A stretch of 64,000 nucleotides of DNA from NCBI GenBank assembly GCA_900539605.1, contig UQCS01000006.1:4601-68600 (forward strand). The letters run 5' to 3'. The translations under genes were made by a program, and so were the position numbers. Shown here in pieces: positions 1-9,336 of the stretch. The notes under the pieces are model-generated. The model did not search any database. It saw nothing but the letters and a program-made list of their open reading frames with translations, and was not told the DNA's origin. Source of the stretch: an uncultured Azospirillum sp. (GTDB lineage Bacteria; Pseudomonadota; Alphaproteobacteria; RF32; CAG-239). Within the stretch, counting starts at the first letter, position 1. Each line of letters opens with the position of its first letter.

Positions 1-2
1 TG

Positions 3-998
3 GGCAGCGATTCGCAGGAAGACACCCATGCCAACGGCAATATCGTTGTCCGCAGCGGCTCATACGAAGACGCCCACGGCGCCAATACCGGAACTTTCGT
101 TGGGCAGAAAATTATTGCCTTCCGTCAGGAACTTGAACAAATTAAAGTTTCGCATCAAATCAACCGTGAAGAGTTGAAAAGAATTCAAAAAAATATTGCA
201 GCTAATTCCACTCAATATAACAAAACTGTCGGCAGCATAGAAACCAAACTGCAAATCGGCACCACTCCAGGCAACCCCAACCTTTACAATATGTTGCAAC
301 AGGCACAAAACAACGTGCAGACAATGTCGCTCAATGCCAACGCCCTTGATAACCTGTCGGTAAAAGTGGCCAACGATGCCACCTCTACCGTTTATTTGAT
401 CGATTCTGTCCGCGCCGCTTTCCATATCTCGGGTGCGGTCGACGAAGACCATCGCCAGCTGCGGCTGCTGCAAAACGAAGCTGAACAGCTTTCGGTCACC
501 ATCAACAGTCTCAATAATCAGGTAACCGACGATTCTGCCCGTCAACAGCAATACCTGGCTTCGGCTCAAAGCCAGCTCAGCCGCCTGAACGCCGCCATCC
601 GCACCGGTAGTTTTAAAAACGCGCCGGCACCGGTTTACAATCGTCCGGCTCTGTTCGGCAAACCGGCGCCTTCACGGGCGGTGATTGCCCCCGCAGCCGC
701 GCAGCCCGCTGCCGTACCGAATGCCAAACCTCTATTCGTGGCCAAATTCAAAAAAGACAATGTCAGCTACAAAGAAGGCCTGAGCACCGCGGTAAAAGCA
801 ACTCTCAAACGCAAAAGCAGCGCCGTTTTTGACGTTGTTGCCGTCTCCGCACCGACTTCGCAGTCAAAAGCGCGGCAGCATGCAGAAAAAATCTTTACCG
901 AAATCACCGCTATGGGCGTCACCCCGGCAAATGTCAATTTAAGCGCCAAAACCGACGCCAAGACCGACAGCGCCGAAGTTTGGATTTTTGTAAAATAA
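3..998 (+). CDS. hypothetical coiled-coil protein, 5' end outside the window
   Basis: Frame 3 is open from the first bases of the window (GSDSQEDTHANG...) into the listed 174..998 ORF. Q/N/L-rich coiled-coil-like middle, Pro/Ala-rich linker, C-terminal ~80 aa only loosely OmpA-C-like (GVTPANVNL...AEVWIFVK). No family recognised. Confidence 0.5.
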   Translation, partial: GSDSQEDTHANGNIVVRSGSYEDAHGANTGTFVGQKIIAFRQELEQIKVSHQINREELKRIQKNIAANSTQYNKTVGSIETKLQIGTTPGNPNLYNMLQQAQNNVQTMSLNANALDNLSVKVANDATSTVYLIDSVRAAFHISGAVDEDHRQLRLLQNEAEQLSVTINSLNNQVTDDSARQQQYLASAQSQLSRLNAAIRTGSFKNAPAPVYNRPALFGKPAPSRAVIAPAAAQPAAVPNAKPLFVAKFKKDNVSYKEGLSTAVKATLKRKSSAVFDVVAVSAPTSQSKARQHAEKIFTEITAMGVTPANVNLSAKTDAKTDSAEVWIFVK

Positions 999-1014
999 TC
1001 AATTGCCGTTAATC

Positions 1015-1047
1015 ATAAAAAACCCCGGAAACCCGGAATTTTATTTT
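1015..1047. terminator. weak bidirectional hairpin between convergent genes
   Basis: aaaaaaCCCCGGaaaCCCGGaattttatttt: short CCGG/CCGG stem flanked by an A-run and a T-run. Sits between the stop at 998 (+) and the rodA stop at 1072 (-). Confidence 0.35.
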
Positions 1048-1071
1048 ACCGTAAATCTTTCTGCTGCCCGG

Positions 1072-2211
1072 CTATTCCTTGCCGAGGTTGGTTTCGCGGT
1101 TGATATAAACAGCCATAATAATACCGAAACTCGCCGTTACCGATAAAATAACCGTTCCGCCATAAGAAATCAACGGCAACGGCACTCCGACCACCGGCAA
1201 CAGCCCCAGTACCATGGCAATATTGATAAATACATATAAAAAATAGTTGGTGGCCAAACCGATAATCAGCAATTTACCGAAATAACTGGTGGTTTTCAGC
1301 GCAAAGGAATAACTGTAAGCCAAAATCGCCATATTAACCAGCACCACCAAAATTCCGCCGATCAGACCAAACTCTTCCGACAACATCGTAAAAATAAAAT
1401 CGGTATGTTTTTCGGGTAAAAAGTTGAGATGACTCTGGGTTCCCTTCAAAAAACCCTTACCGAAAACACCGCCCGATCCCAACGCGATTTTAGACTGCAT
1501 AATATGATACCCGGCTCCCAGCGGATCGCGTTCCGGATCAAGAAAAGTCAGAACTCGCTGCCGCTGATAATCGTGCAAAAAGTGCCATCCGACCGGCATC
1601 AAAACCGCTGCCATGCCGGCCAAGGCAACAAATTTCCAGACTTGAACCCCAACCACAAACAAGATGACCCCGGTGGTAAAAATAATCATCAGGGCAGTTC
1701 CCAAATCAGGTTGAGCCATAATCAGCAATGCCGGCACCATCGCCATCAACAACGGCGGAACAATACCGCGAATCGTTTCAATGCTTTGCAGGGTGGTGGT
1801 ATGAAAATATTTGGCCAACGCCATTACCAGAGCAATTTTCATCAGTTCCGAAGGCTGAAGCTTAATAAACTTGAGATCGATCCAACGGGTTGCTCCCATT
1901 CCGGTATAACCGGCAGCTTCCACCACAATCAGCAAAACCAAAACAGCAAAATAAAACGGATAAGTCCACCGCAGATAAACCTTAATGTCAATCATCGCGG
2001 CAATAAACATCACCGCAAAACCCATTGCAAACCGCAGAGCATGATTAACCGCCCAGCCTTCCCAACTGCCGTTGGCCGCCGAATACAGCATCATGACCCC
2101 AGTTGCCGCCAACAGCGAAATCAGCAGAAAATAAGGCACATTGAGATTATACAGTTTCTCGCGGAAACTGAGGTTTGGATTATGCAGTCCCAGTTTATAC
2201 GGTTTATACAT
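1072..2211 (-). CDS. rodA: peptidoglycan glycosyltransferase RodA (FtsW/RodA/SpoVE family)
   Basis: 379 aa polytopic membrane protein. SEDS-like blocks (PSELMKIALVMALAKY, DLGTALMI, PEKHTDFIF, GLLPVVGVPLPLISYGGT). Immediately downstream of mrdA. Confidence 0.9.
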   Translation of the reverse strand: MYKPYKLGLHNPNLSFREKLYNLNVPYFLLISLLAATGVMMLYSAANGSWEGWAVNHALRFAMGFAVMFIAAMIDIKVYLRWTYPFYFAVLVLLIVVEAAGYTGMGATRWIDLKFIKLQPSELMKIALVMALAKYFHTTTLQSIETIRGIVPPLLMAMVPALLIMAQPDLGTALMIIFTTGVILFVVGVQVWKFVALAGMAAVLMPVGWHFLHDYQRQRVLTFLDPERDPLGAGYHIMQSKIALGSGGVFGKGFLKGTQSHLNFLPEKHTDFIFTMLSEEFGLIGGILVVLVNMAILAYSYSFALKTTSYFGKLLIIGLATNYFLYVFINIAMVLGLLPVVGVPLPLISYGGTVILSVTASFGIIMAVYINRETNLGKE

Positions 2212-2214
2212 ATT

Positions 2215-4035
2215 CTATTTTCCTTCCTCATCGAGCTTCAGGGCTTCCAGCAACAATTTGCTGCCGATCGGCGCCGCTACCGTTGAACCGCCGCCGCCGT
2301 GTTCCACCAGAACCGCCACCGCATATTTGGGGTTGTCTTGCGGTGCATAACCGACAAACAGTGCATGATTGCGGTATTTCCACGGCAAATCTTCCTGTTT
2401 GACAATACCGCTTTGGCGTTCTTTCATGCTGATTCGTCGCACCTGGGTGGTTCCGGTTTTGCCGCACATTCTTTTGCCGTTATAATTAAACTGCGAAGCA
2501 AAAGCAGTGCCGCCCGGACGATTCACCACCGCACACATTCCCTCTTTGACAATTTCGAGATAGTTTTTGTTGACCGATATGCGCCGTATATTTTTCAATT
2601 GCTCAGCATCCGGCTTTACAAAAGTCGGACGGATTTCCCTGCCGCCGTTGACAAGTCGTGCCGTCATCACGGCCAGTTGCAGCGGTGTCGTCAAAATATA
2701 GCCCTGTCCGATACCGGCAATCAGAGTTTCGCCGGTCTGCCATGGTTCGCCGAAACGTTCCAGCCGCCATTTTTTATCAGGAATCAATCCGCTTTTTTCG
2801 CCGCCGGATTCAATGCCGGTCGGCAAACCGAGTCCGAATCGTCGTGCCATTGCGGCAATTTTTTCAATTCCCAGTTTTTGCGCTACGTCATAAAAGAAAA
2901 TGTCGCATGAATGCTGCAATGCTTCAACGACATTCAGCGCCCCGTGTCCGCTTTTTTTCCAACAGTGAAACAAATGGTTGCCAAGCTGGGTTTTGCCGGA
3001 ACAAAAGACTTTGCTGTCTTTGGTGATAATTCCTGCTTCCAGAGCTGCCAGCGCCACCACCATTTTAAATGTGGAACCCGGCGAATACAATCCCGCAACC
3101 GCTTTATTCATCAACGGACTTTTTTCGTCATTGAGCAGAGTACGGAAAAAATCGCCGCCGACACCTTGTGCAAAATCGTTGGAATCATACGAAGGCGTTG
3201 ACACAAAAGCCAGAATTTCCCCGCTGTTGACATCCATCAAAACCGCAGCGCCGCTTTCTTCACCGTACAGTTCATAAGCTTTTTGCTGAAGACGGGTATC
3301 AATGCTCAGTTGCAGATTTTCACCGGCGGTTCCGTCAATTCGCTCAATTTCTTTCATTACCCGTCCAAGCGCATTGACTTCCAGCTTGAGGTTACCGCCG
3401 GCGCCGCGCAATTTTTTTTCAAATTGCTTTTCAATTCCGTCCTTGCCGATCTTAAAACCGGGAATCCCAAGCAACGGGTCATTATCTTTTTTCATATCGT
3501 TTTCGGAGACCGACGAAACATATCCGAGAACATGTGCCGTCTGCCGCCCGAAAGGATAATAACGGCTCAGACCGTCGTCAATAATAATACCCGGCATTTC
3601 CGGAGAGGCCAGCAAAACTTTGCTGACATCGTCCCAACTCAATCCGTCCTTAATTTTGATCGGCACAAAACGACGATATTTTTTCAGATCTTTCTTAATC
3701 CGTTCTTCTTCGGCTTCGCTCAACGGCATAATTTTCTTAAACCGGTCAAGTGTTTCCTGAACGCTGGCGGTTTGTTCGGCCACAATCATTGCCTGAAAAT
3801 TCTGACGGTTGCCGGCCAGCACTTTCTGATGGCGGTCAACAATCACTCCCCGCGGCGGAATCAGCAGCCGGGTCGAAATACGGTTTTCATCCGCCATCGT
3901 GCTGAACTGATCGGCCTGATAAACCTGAAGATAATACAGACGTGCAATAATCAGCAACAACAGCATAAACTGGATCAGCACCCATACCAGGGTACGACCG
4001 ATCAAAACTTTTCCTTTGTCATTGTCACGGTTCAT
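2215..4035 (-). CDS. mrdA: penicillin-binding protein 2 (elongasome transpeptidase)
   Basis: PBP dimerisation plus transpeptidase motifs (STFK, SCD, KTGT). Start taken at MNRDNDKG (ATG 4035), which overlaps the mreD stop as TAATG. The listed ORF extends to 4224 only as an in-frame read-through of mreD. Confidence 0.9.
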   Translation of the reverse strand: MNRDNDKGKVLIGRTLVWVLIQFMLLLLIIARLYYLQVYQADQFSTMADENRISTRLLIPPRGVIVDRHQKVLAGNRQNFQAMIVAEQTASVQETLDRFKKIMPLSEAEEERIKKDLKKYRRFVPIKIKDGLSWDDVSKVLLASPEMPGIIIDDGLSRYYPFGRQTAHVLGYVSSVSENDMKKDNDPLLGIPGFKIGKDGIEKQFEKKLRGAGGNLKLEVNALGRVMKEIERIDGTAGENLQLSIDTRLQQKAYELYGEESGAAVLMDVNSGEILAFVSTPSYDSNDFAQGVGGDFFRTLLNDEKSPLMNKAVAGLYSPGSTFKMVVALAALEAGIITKDSKVFCSGKTQLGNHLFHCWKKSGHGALNVVEALQHSCDIFFYDVAQKLGIEKIAAMARRFGLGLPTGIESGGEKSGLIPDKKWRLERFGEPWQTGETLIAGIGQGYILTTPLQLAVMTARLVNGGREIRPTFVKPDAEQLKNIRRISVNKNYLEIVKEGMCAVVNRPGGTAFASQFNYNGKRMCGKTGTTQVRRISMKERQSGIVKQEDLPWKYRNHALFVGYAPQDNPKYAVAVLVEHGGGGSTVAAPIGSKLLLEALKLDEEGK

Positions 4036-4553
4036 TATGAATCGTCCTGCAAAAAGTTGTTCAGCACCAAGGCATTCAAACCGCCGATCACCGGATAAAA
4101 AGCCAGACTGGTCAAATAGGTGAAAAACAACAACGACAACGGCAAAAACTGCTGATAATAGACCGACAGCGCCAACCAGCGCGCCAGCAGACAAACCGGC
4201 AGCAGTGCCGCCACACCGATCCACAGCACTACAAAAATTTTACCGTTTAAATATTTAATCAAATTAGTCACCAGCAGATACATCACCAGCATTGCGACAA
4301 GCCCCGAACCAAACGGCGCTGCCGAAACCGTGTCCGCGGCCATGCCGAGAATAAACACTGACAAAAGATTAAACAAGTCGGGACGATATATCAACCAGAA
4401 ATAGACACACATTAAACCGACTGCCGGCCGGGCATTGCCGGCAATTTCAGACTTCAACGGCATAAAGGAAAACAAAACCAGTGCCACCGACATCAACAGC
4501 GGCAAGCTGCGGCAAAACCGGTTGACGGCAATTTCCCGCCATTCTTCTTTCAT
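4035..4553 (-). CDS. mreD: rod shape-determining protein MreD
   Basis: 172 aa, 5 predicted TM segments. Position between mreC and mrdA. 4-nt overlap with the mreC stop. Confidence 0.8.
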   Translation of the reverse strand: MKEEWREIAVNRFCRSLPLLMSVALVLFSFMPLKSEIAGNARPAVGLMCVYFWLIYRPDLFNLLSVFILGMAADTVSAAPFGSGLVAMLVMYLLVTNLIKYLNGKIFVVLWIGVAALLPVCLLARWLALSVYYQQFLPLSLLFFTYLTSLAFYPVIGGLNALVLNNFLQDDS

Positions 4554-5422
4554 TGTGCAATATCTCCCCCGGCAAACTCATCAGCCGGATCGGGCAGTTT
4601 ATAATCAACAATCTGCACATATTCCAAACGGTTCAGATTGTCAAACGGCCGCACTTTCACCCCGTCCTTATCGATCGAGATAACTTCCCCCACCGGCAGC
4701 CCGGAAGGAAACACGCCGCCGATCCCCGAAGTGACAATACGATCTCCGACTTCAATCCCGGCATCTATCGGAATAAAAATCATTTTCGGCAGCGGGTTGT
4801 TTTCGCCCGACAATACGCCGCGCACCCGGCTTTTTTCGGCCATTACCGGAATCTTGGAGTTAATGTCGTTAATCAGAAAAATCCTCGCATAATTGCGCCC
4901 GCTCAACTCCACCCGGCCAATCACGCCCTTATCGCTGATAACCACCTGCCCTTTGCGGACATTTGGGCTGCCGCCGGTATAGACCGTCAGGGCATGGGCA
5001 AAGGCATTTCCTTCTTCGGCTACCACTTTGGCAGTGATAAACGACGCTTCCGGAGGTACGGCATAATTAAGCATCCGTGCCAGCAGACGATTTTCAATTT
5101 CCAGCGCGCGGCTTTTGGCGTTGGCAATCGTCAAACGGCGGTTTTCTTCACGTAAGGCGCGGTTTTCCAGATCAATTTTGCGAAGGCTGCGCAAATATTC
5201 ATACCCCTTGACCAAAGCCGTTGCCGGCATCACCAACACATCCACCGCCGAAGAAACGATTCCGTTGGCAGTGGTGGAAGTTTTCTCAATCAGTATATTT
5301 TCGCTTTTATTAAGCAGCATAAACACAAAAGCGACCATAAACGCCAACACAATCGCGAACTTCTTGATCGTACCGCGAATCTGGCTGAACTGCAGAAAAA
5401 TTTCCCGGCGTCTTTTAACCAA
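4550..5422 (-). CDS. mreC: rod shape-determining protein MreC
   Basis: 290 aa. N-terminal TM, coiled coil (LENRALREENRRL), beta-rich C-terminal domains (GVIGRV, GGVFPSGLPVG). TTG start. Confidence 0.85.
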   Translation of the reverse strand: MVKRRREIFLQFSQIRGTIKKFAIVLAFMVAFVFMLLNKSENILIEKTSTTANGIVSSAVDVLVMPATALVKGYEYLRSLRKIDLENRALREENRRLTIANAKSRALEIENRLLARMLNYAVPPEASFITAKVVAEEGNAFAHALTVYTGGSPNVRKGQVVISDKGVIGRVELSGRNYARIFLINDINSKIPVMAEKSRVRGVLSGENNPLPKMIFIPIDAGIEVGDRIVTSGIGGVFPSGLPVGEVISIDKDGVKVRPFDNLNRLEYVQIVDYKLPDPADEFAGGDIAQ

Positions 5423-5593
5423 ATCCTTATCCTGAAAAAAGCTTAAAAAATTAAGTCATTAACTAACATATAAAAAAAATTATGGCAAATAAAATATCAT
5501 TCCGGCCTTTGGTTCGTCAACAGCTTTTGTCCGTCTCTTTTTTTACGGATCAGGTCCTCTGCAAAAACCGGTCCGCTGTTTTCGCTGCTACCG

Positions 5594-5636
5594 CATAAAA
5601 AGAAAGCTCCGCTACGGGAGCGGAGCTTTCTCTTTT
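5594..5636 (-). terminator. rho-independent terminator downstream of the SPFH gene (bidirectional shape)
   Basis: Perfect 11-bp stem GAAAGCTCCGC/GCGGAGCTTTC (5602-5612 / 5620-5630), 7-nt loop. On the minus strand it is followed by TTTTTAT. A second 7-bp hairpin (ACCGTCA/TGACGGT) lies just after the stop codon. Confidence 0.75.
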
Positions 5637-5671
5637 CATATGTACCGTCATTGACAAGTACACCTGACGGT

Positions 5672-6499
5672 TTACTTGCCGAGGTTGATCATCGGCACGG
5701 AATTGCCCAGCATATACTGCGGCAACTTACCATCCCACTTCTGAACGGCCTCATACTCGGTAAGACCCTTGTTCTTGGCCAACGCCTGAGACTTGATCTC
5801 CATGGCTTCGGCCTCGGCCTTTGCGGAAATAACCTTCTGGTCTGCCTCTTCCTTGATACGTTTCGTGTTGTTGACCGCCTCCTGAGCTTTCTGCTCGGCA
5901 ATCACCTTATCTTCGATCGCGCCTTCGAACTTGTCCGAATAGTCGATGTTGATAAACTGGAACGTAATATTTTGGAAGAAACGCTTGTCCAGACGGTCCT
6001 GCAAACCGGCAACGACATCGATGCGGGCCTTGTCTCGGTTAGAAACCAGATCCTGCGCCTGCCATTTGCCGACCACGTCTTTCAGCACGTCGTTGAGCAC
6101 CGGAATCAGCTTTTTGCCCTCATAATCCATACCGACCGTTTCATAAAGGATATGAACGTTCTCAGGATTAAGATCGTAGGTAAAAGTGTATTCCAACTCG
6201 GCGGTCTGCACGTCAGACGTGTAAGTGGCCGTCTTTTCGGTCATTTTCCGGGTGCGGACGTCCATCTCGATCATCGACGAAACGAACGGCCACTTGAACC
6301 CGACACCGTTGACATACGACTTCTGATCCACCTTTCCCAAGGTAACCAGCACGCCGCGGTAACCAGGGCTGATCGAGTAGAAACCCGAGAAGACGAAGAT
6401 GAGGATAACGATGGCACCAAGCACACCGCCGACCCACTTCATGATCTTCTTTACAGTCCAGTCATTCTGTTCGCGATCTTCGTATCCGTACATATACAT
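5672..6499 (-). CDS. SPFH/band-7 (prohibitin-like) membrane protein
   Basis: 275 aa. N-terminal TM followed by the PHB fold (SPGYRGVLVTLGKV...FTYDL...) and an A/E/K-rich coiled-coil tail (AEQKAQEAVNNTKRIKEEADQKVISAKAEAEAMEIKSQ). The start could instead be an internal Met (MKWVGG). Confidence 0.85.
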   Translation of the reverse strand: MYMYGYEDREQNDWTVKKIMKWVGGVLGAIVILIFVFSGFYSISPGYRGVLVTLGKVDQKSYVNGVGFKWPFVSSMIEMDVRTRKMTEKTATYTSDVQTAELEYTFTYDLNPENVHILYETVGMDYEGKKLIPVLNDVLKDVVGKWQAQDLVSNRDKARIDVVAGLQDRLDKRFFQNITFQFINIDYSDKFEGAIEDKVIAEQKAQEAVNNTKRIKEEADQKVISAKAEAEAMEIKSQALAKNKGLTEYEAVQKWDGKLPQYMLGNSVPMINLGK

Positions 6500-6900
6500 G
6501 AAATTTAAGAAACAAAACTTTTCCTTAAAAAAACTTCCCGTATTTTAAATGGTTTTTCCTGATCTTATATAACTGGTCCCTAAACGTATCGTTTAAACTG
6601 CATGGCAGCGGGCGGTCATTGCGATTGACTCTTTCATCAGGTATTCCAAGTAATTAAAATTTGTCTAAACAAAAATCAACTTACGGTTCATTCTTCTAAA
6701 TCCGAGATTTGTTTGGTTAATTGTTACTAAAATAATTGTTATTGTTTTTAAACGTACATTATTTTTCGACAAAAATCAAGTCAAAAAAACAACTGTTTGC
6801 CACTATTTTTTCTATAGCAAAATAATGTACCTTTTTTTGCTATAGCGGCTATACCGCTGTATCCCTTGATTCATAACACTTTGGCACCAAAATACACGAT

Positions 6901-6934
6901 AAAAAAGAGGGACCGTGCCGACCCCTCTTTTTTG
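6901..6934 (-). terminator. rho-independent terminator of htpG
   Basis: aaaaaaGAGGGaccgtgccgacCCCTCtttttt, 23 nt below the htpG stop. The hairpin is followed by a T-run on the minus strand. Confidence 0.7.
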
Positions 6935-6956
6935 TACAATCACATCCTGAAAGCAG

Positions 6957-8795
6957 TTAAAAGCTCTTCAAAATATACTCGCTGATCCGTGCCGCATAAA
7001 AAGACGGATCGGAAATCGGCTCGCCTTCGGCAATTTTGGCCTGATCCAGCAACACCCGGACAACTTCTTCAACTTTCGGTTTTAATGCCTCGTCGCCCAT
7101 TGCTTCGCTCAGTTTGACAATCAGCGGATGATACGGATTGACCTCCAGTATCCGCGTTGACGCAAAGGCTGTTTGCTGCTGGTGATTGCGCATCAGCCGT
7201 TCCAAATGGATACTCATCTGACCGCTTTCCACCGTCAGGCTGACCGGACTCGCGGTCAGTTTTTCGGTAACCGTTACTTTGCCGACTTCGTCTTTGAACA
7301 TTTCCGTCATCAGGGCAATCAGCTTTTCGAGACTGCCTTCTTCCGCCCGTACTTCCTTGCGTTCAAACGCCAAATCGGCTTCCGCCTGCGAAATATGTTT
7401 GATCGCTTTGCCTTTATAGCCGGTCAGCGTCTGAGTCCAAAATTCGTCGATCGGATCGGTCAGCAACAGAACTTCGAGTCCTTTTTGCTTAAAAGCTTCC
7501 AGCTGCGGATTGTTGGCCAACACCCGGACATCGTCACCGGTAATATAATAAATTGCCTTCTGATCTTGCGGCATACGGGAAATATATTGATCAAGCGTCG
7601 TCAGTTTTTCCGGCTCGCGGGTGGAACTGAACAACGAAAGCGACGCTACTTCTTCGCGGTTGGTAAAATCTTCGTAAATTCCTTCTTTAAATGCAATTCC
7701 GAAAGCCTTCCAGAACTTAAGGTAATCATCATAGTTTTCTGCCCGTTTTTTCAGTTCCTTCAGCAACCGGCTGATAATCCCGTGACGGATCTTCGCCACC
7801 AGCGCATTCTGTTGCAGCATCTCGCGCGAAATGTTCAGCGGCAAATCCGAAGAATCGACGATTCCCTTCACAAAGCGCAGATAACTCGGCATCAGCTCTT
7901 CCACCTTGTCGGAAATGAACACCCGGTTGACATACAGCTTTAACCCCTGTTTGCGGTCGGGCTGAAACAAATCATACGGCTGAGCGGAGGGAATATACAG
8001 CAATCCGGTATATTCAATGCTTCCTTCTGCCTTAAAATGCAGCGTCAGCCACGGATCGTCAAAATTATGCGAGATATGCTGATAAAAGTCTTTATATTGT
8101 TCTTCGGTGACTTCCGCCTTATTGCGGGTCCATAATGCCGACGCGGTGTTGACGGTTTCTTCGCCCGCTTCTCCGAGATTGAGCACAATTGGATAATTGA
8201 TATGATCGGAATAAGTGCGGATCAGATGGCGAAGATAAATGGTATCGGTAAAATTGCGGTCGTCCTCTTTTAAAAACAGTTTAATTTCGGTACCGATGCC
8301 GGGCTTCTCTGCCTCAAAGATTTCAAATCCGTCGGTACCGTCGGAAACCCAGCGCCAGGCCTGCTCTTCGCCGGCTTTGCGCGTCAGAATCTCTACCTTT
8401 TGCGCCACCATAAAAGCTGCATAAAAACCAACCCCGAACTGTCCGATCAACTCAGTGGCAGAGCCGTTTTCTTTCATCGTGGCAACAAAATCGGCAGTTC
8501 CCGATTTGGCAATGGTTCCCAAATGATTGATCAGATCTTCTTTGTTCATGCCGATGCCGTTGTCGGCCACCGTCAGTGTATTTTGTTTGTCGTCGGGGGT
8601 AATCAAGATTTTCAGTTCGCCGTTGCCTTTGGCAATATCCGGCTGAGTGAGCTGCAAATATTTCAGTTTGTCACAGGCATCACTGGCATTGGAAATCAGT
8701 TCGCGCAGAAAAATATGCTTTTCCGAATATAAAGAATTGATGACAATTCCCAGCATTTTGTTGACTTCCGCCTGAAAATTGATTTTTTCGCTCAT
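6957..8795 (-). CDS. htpG: molecular chaperone HtpG (Hsp90)
   Basis: 612 aa. N-terminal GHKL ATPase signature (YSEKHIFLRELISNASDACDKL, DNGIGM, GQFGVGFYAAF) and Hsp90 middle and C-terminal domains. Confidence 0.95.
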   Translation of the reverse strand: MSEKINFQAEVNKMLGIVINSLYSEKHIFLRELISNASDACDKLKYLQLTQPDIAKGNGELKILITPDDKQNTLTVADNGIGMNKEDLINHLGTIAKSGTADFVATMKENGSATELIGQFGVGFYAAFMVAQKVEILTRKAGEEQAWRWVSDGTDGFEIFEAEKPGIGTEIKLFLKEDDRNFTDTIYLRHLIRTYSDHINYPIVLNLGEAGEETVNTASALWTRNKAEVTEEQYKDFYQHISHNFDDPWLTLHFKAEGSIEYTGLLYIPSAQPYDLFQPDRKQGLKLYVNRVFISDKVEELMPSYLRFVKGIVDSSDLPLNISREMLQQNALVAKIRHGIISRLLKELKKRAENYDDYLKFWKAFGIAFKEGIYEDFTNREEVASLSLFSSTREPEKLTTLDQYISRMPQDQKAIYYITGDDVRVLANNPQLEAFKQKGLEVLLLTDPIDEFWTQTLTGYKGKAIKHISQAEADLAFERKEVRAEEGSLEKLIALMTEMFKDEVGKVTVTEKLTASPVSLTVESGQMSIHLERLMRNHQQQTAFASTRILEVNPYHPLIVKLSEAMGDEALKPKVEEVVRVLLDQAKIAEGEPISDPSFYAARISEYILKSF

Positions 8796-8827
8796 AATAT
8801 CTCTCCGTTGTTAATTTCATTATTTCT

Positions 8828-8858
8828 ATATATGGGTAAAATTTTGCGCTTTCGCAAG
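8828..8858 (-). promoter_or_regulatory. putative sigma-32 (RpoH)-type heat-shock promoter of htpG
   Basis: The minus strand reads CTTGCGAA-N15-CCCATATAT about 30 nt upstream of the htpG SD (GGAGAG). Resembles CTTGAA...CCCCATNT / CTTG-N17-CYTATNT heat-shock promoters. Confidence 0.45.
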
Positions 8859-8966
8859 CGGTGCCGCCGAAATTTTGCCCGGCAGACACTTTTTGCTTGA
8901 TTTTATTGCAAATGTCGCTAGATTGAGGTCTGAAATATTTTAAGCAAATCTTTAAGGAGACAAACC

Positions 8967-9206
8967 ATGGTTTCTGTCGTTAATGACAATTGTATCAAAT
9001 GCAAATCCTGTGCCGACGTTTGCCCGGTTGACGCTTTCCACGAAGGCGATACTCAGCTGGTTGTTGATCCGGATACTTGCATCAGCTGCGGCGTCTGCAT
9101 TTCCGAATGCCCGCAGGAAGCTATCCAGACCGAAGAAGAAGCCGATCCGCACTGGGTTGAATTCAACGCCGAAAAATCCAAAGTCTGGCCGAACGCCAAC
9201 GAATAA
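8967..9206 (+). CDS. 2x[4Fe-4S]-type ferredoxin
   Basis: 79 aa with two CxxCxxCxxxCP motifs (CIKCKSCADVCP, CISCGVCISECP). AAGGAGA SD 6 nt upstream. Confidence 0.85.
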   Translation: MVSVVNDNCIKCKSCADVCPVDAFHEGDTQLVVDPDTCISCGVCISECPQEAIQTEEEADPHWVEFNAEKSKVWPNANE

Positions 9207-9213
9207 ATTTCGT

Positions 9214-9250
9214 AAAAAGAACCCCGCGCATCTTGCGGGGTTCTTTTTTA
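9214..9250 (+). terminator. rho-independent terminator after the ferredoxin gene
   Basis: 10-bp stem AGAACCCCGC/GCGGGGTTCT with a 7-nt loop, followed by TTTTTT. Confidence 0.8.
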
Positions 9251-9336
9251 CCATCAATAATCGCCGCGGTTTTTTAGTTTTTTCTTGAAATCAATTGAAG
9301 TTGTGCTATTGTGCGCTCAATCCGTTTATAATATTA

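Noticed and set aside
1429-4098. Plus-strand ORFs 1429-2286 (285 aa) and 3283-4098 (271 aa), plus several shorter ones
   Set aside because: They are antisense to rodA and mrdA. Their H/Q/R/N-rich low-complexity translations contrast with the clear SEDS and PBP motifs on the opposite strand.
4036-4224. N-terminal 63-codon extension of the mrdA ORF
   Set aside because: The extension lies within mreD coding sequence in another frame. The PBP2-like N-terminus with its TM helix begins at MNRDNDKG, whose ATG overlaps the mreD stop (TAATG).
5482-5598. 38-codon plus-strand ORF (MANKISFRPLVRQQ...) ending just before the 5602-5630 hairpin
   Set aside because: It has no SD-like sequence and an unremarkable composition. 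The hairpin is better explained as the terminator of the minus-strand SPFH gene. It cannot be excluded as a small protein without expression data.
5651-6508. 285-aa plus-strand ORF
   Set aside because: It is the mirror of the SPFH gene. GC-rich third positions in the true frame keep the antisense frame open. It is L/R/H/D-rich with no family resemblance.
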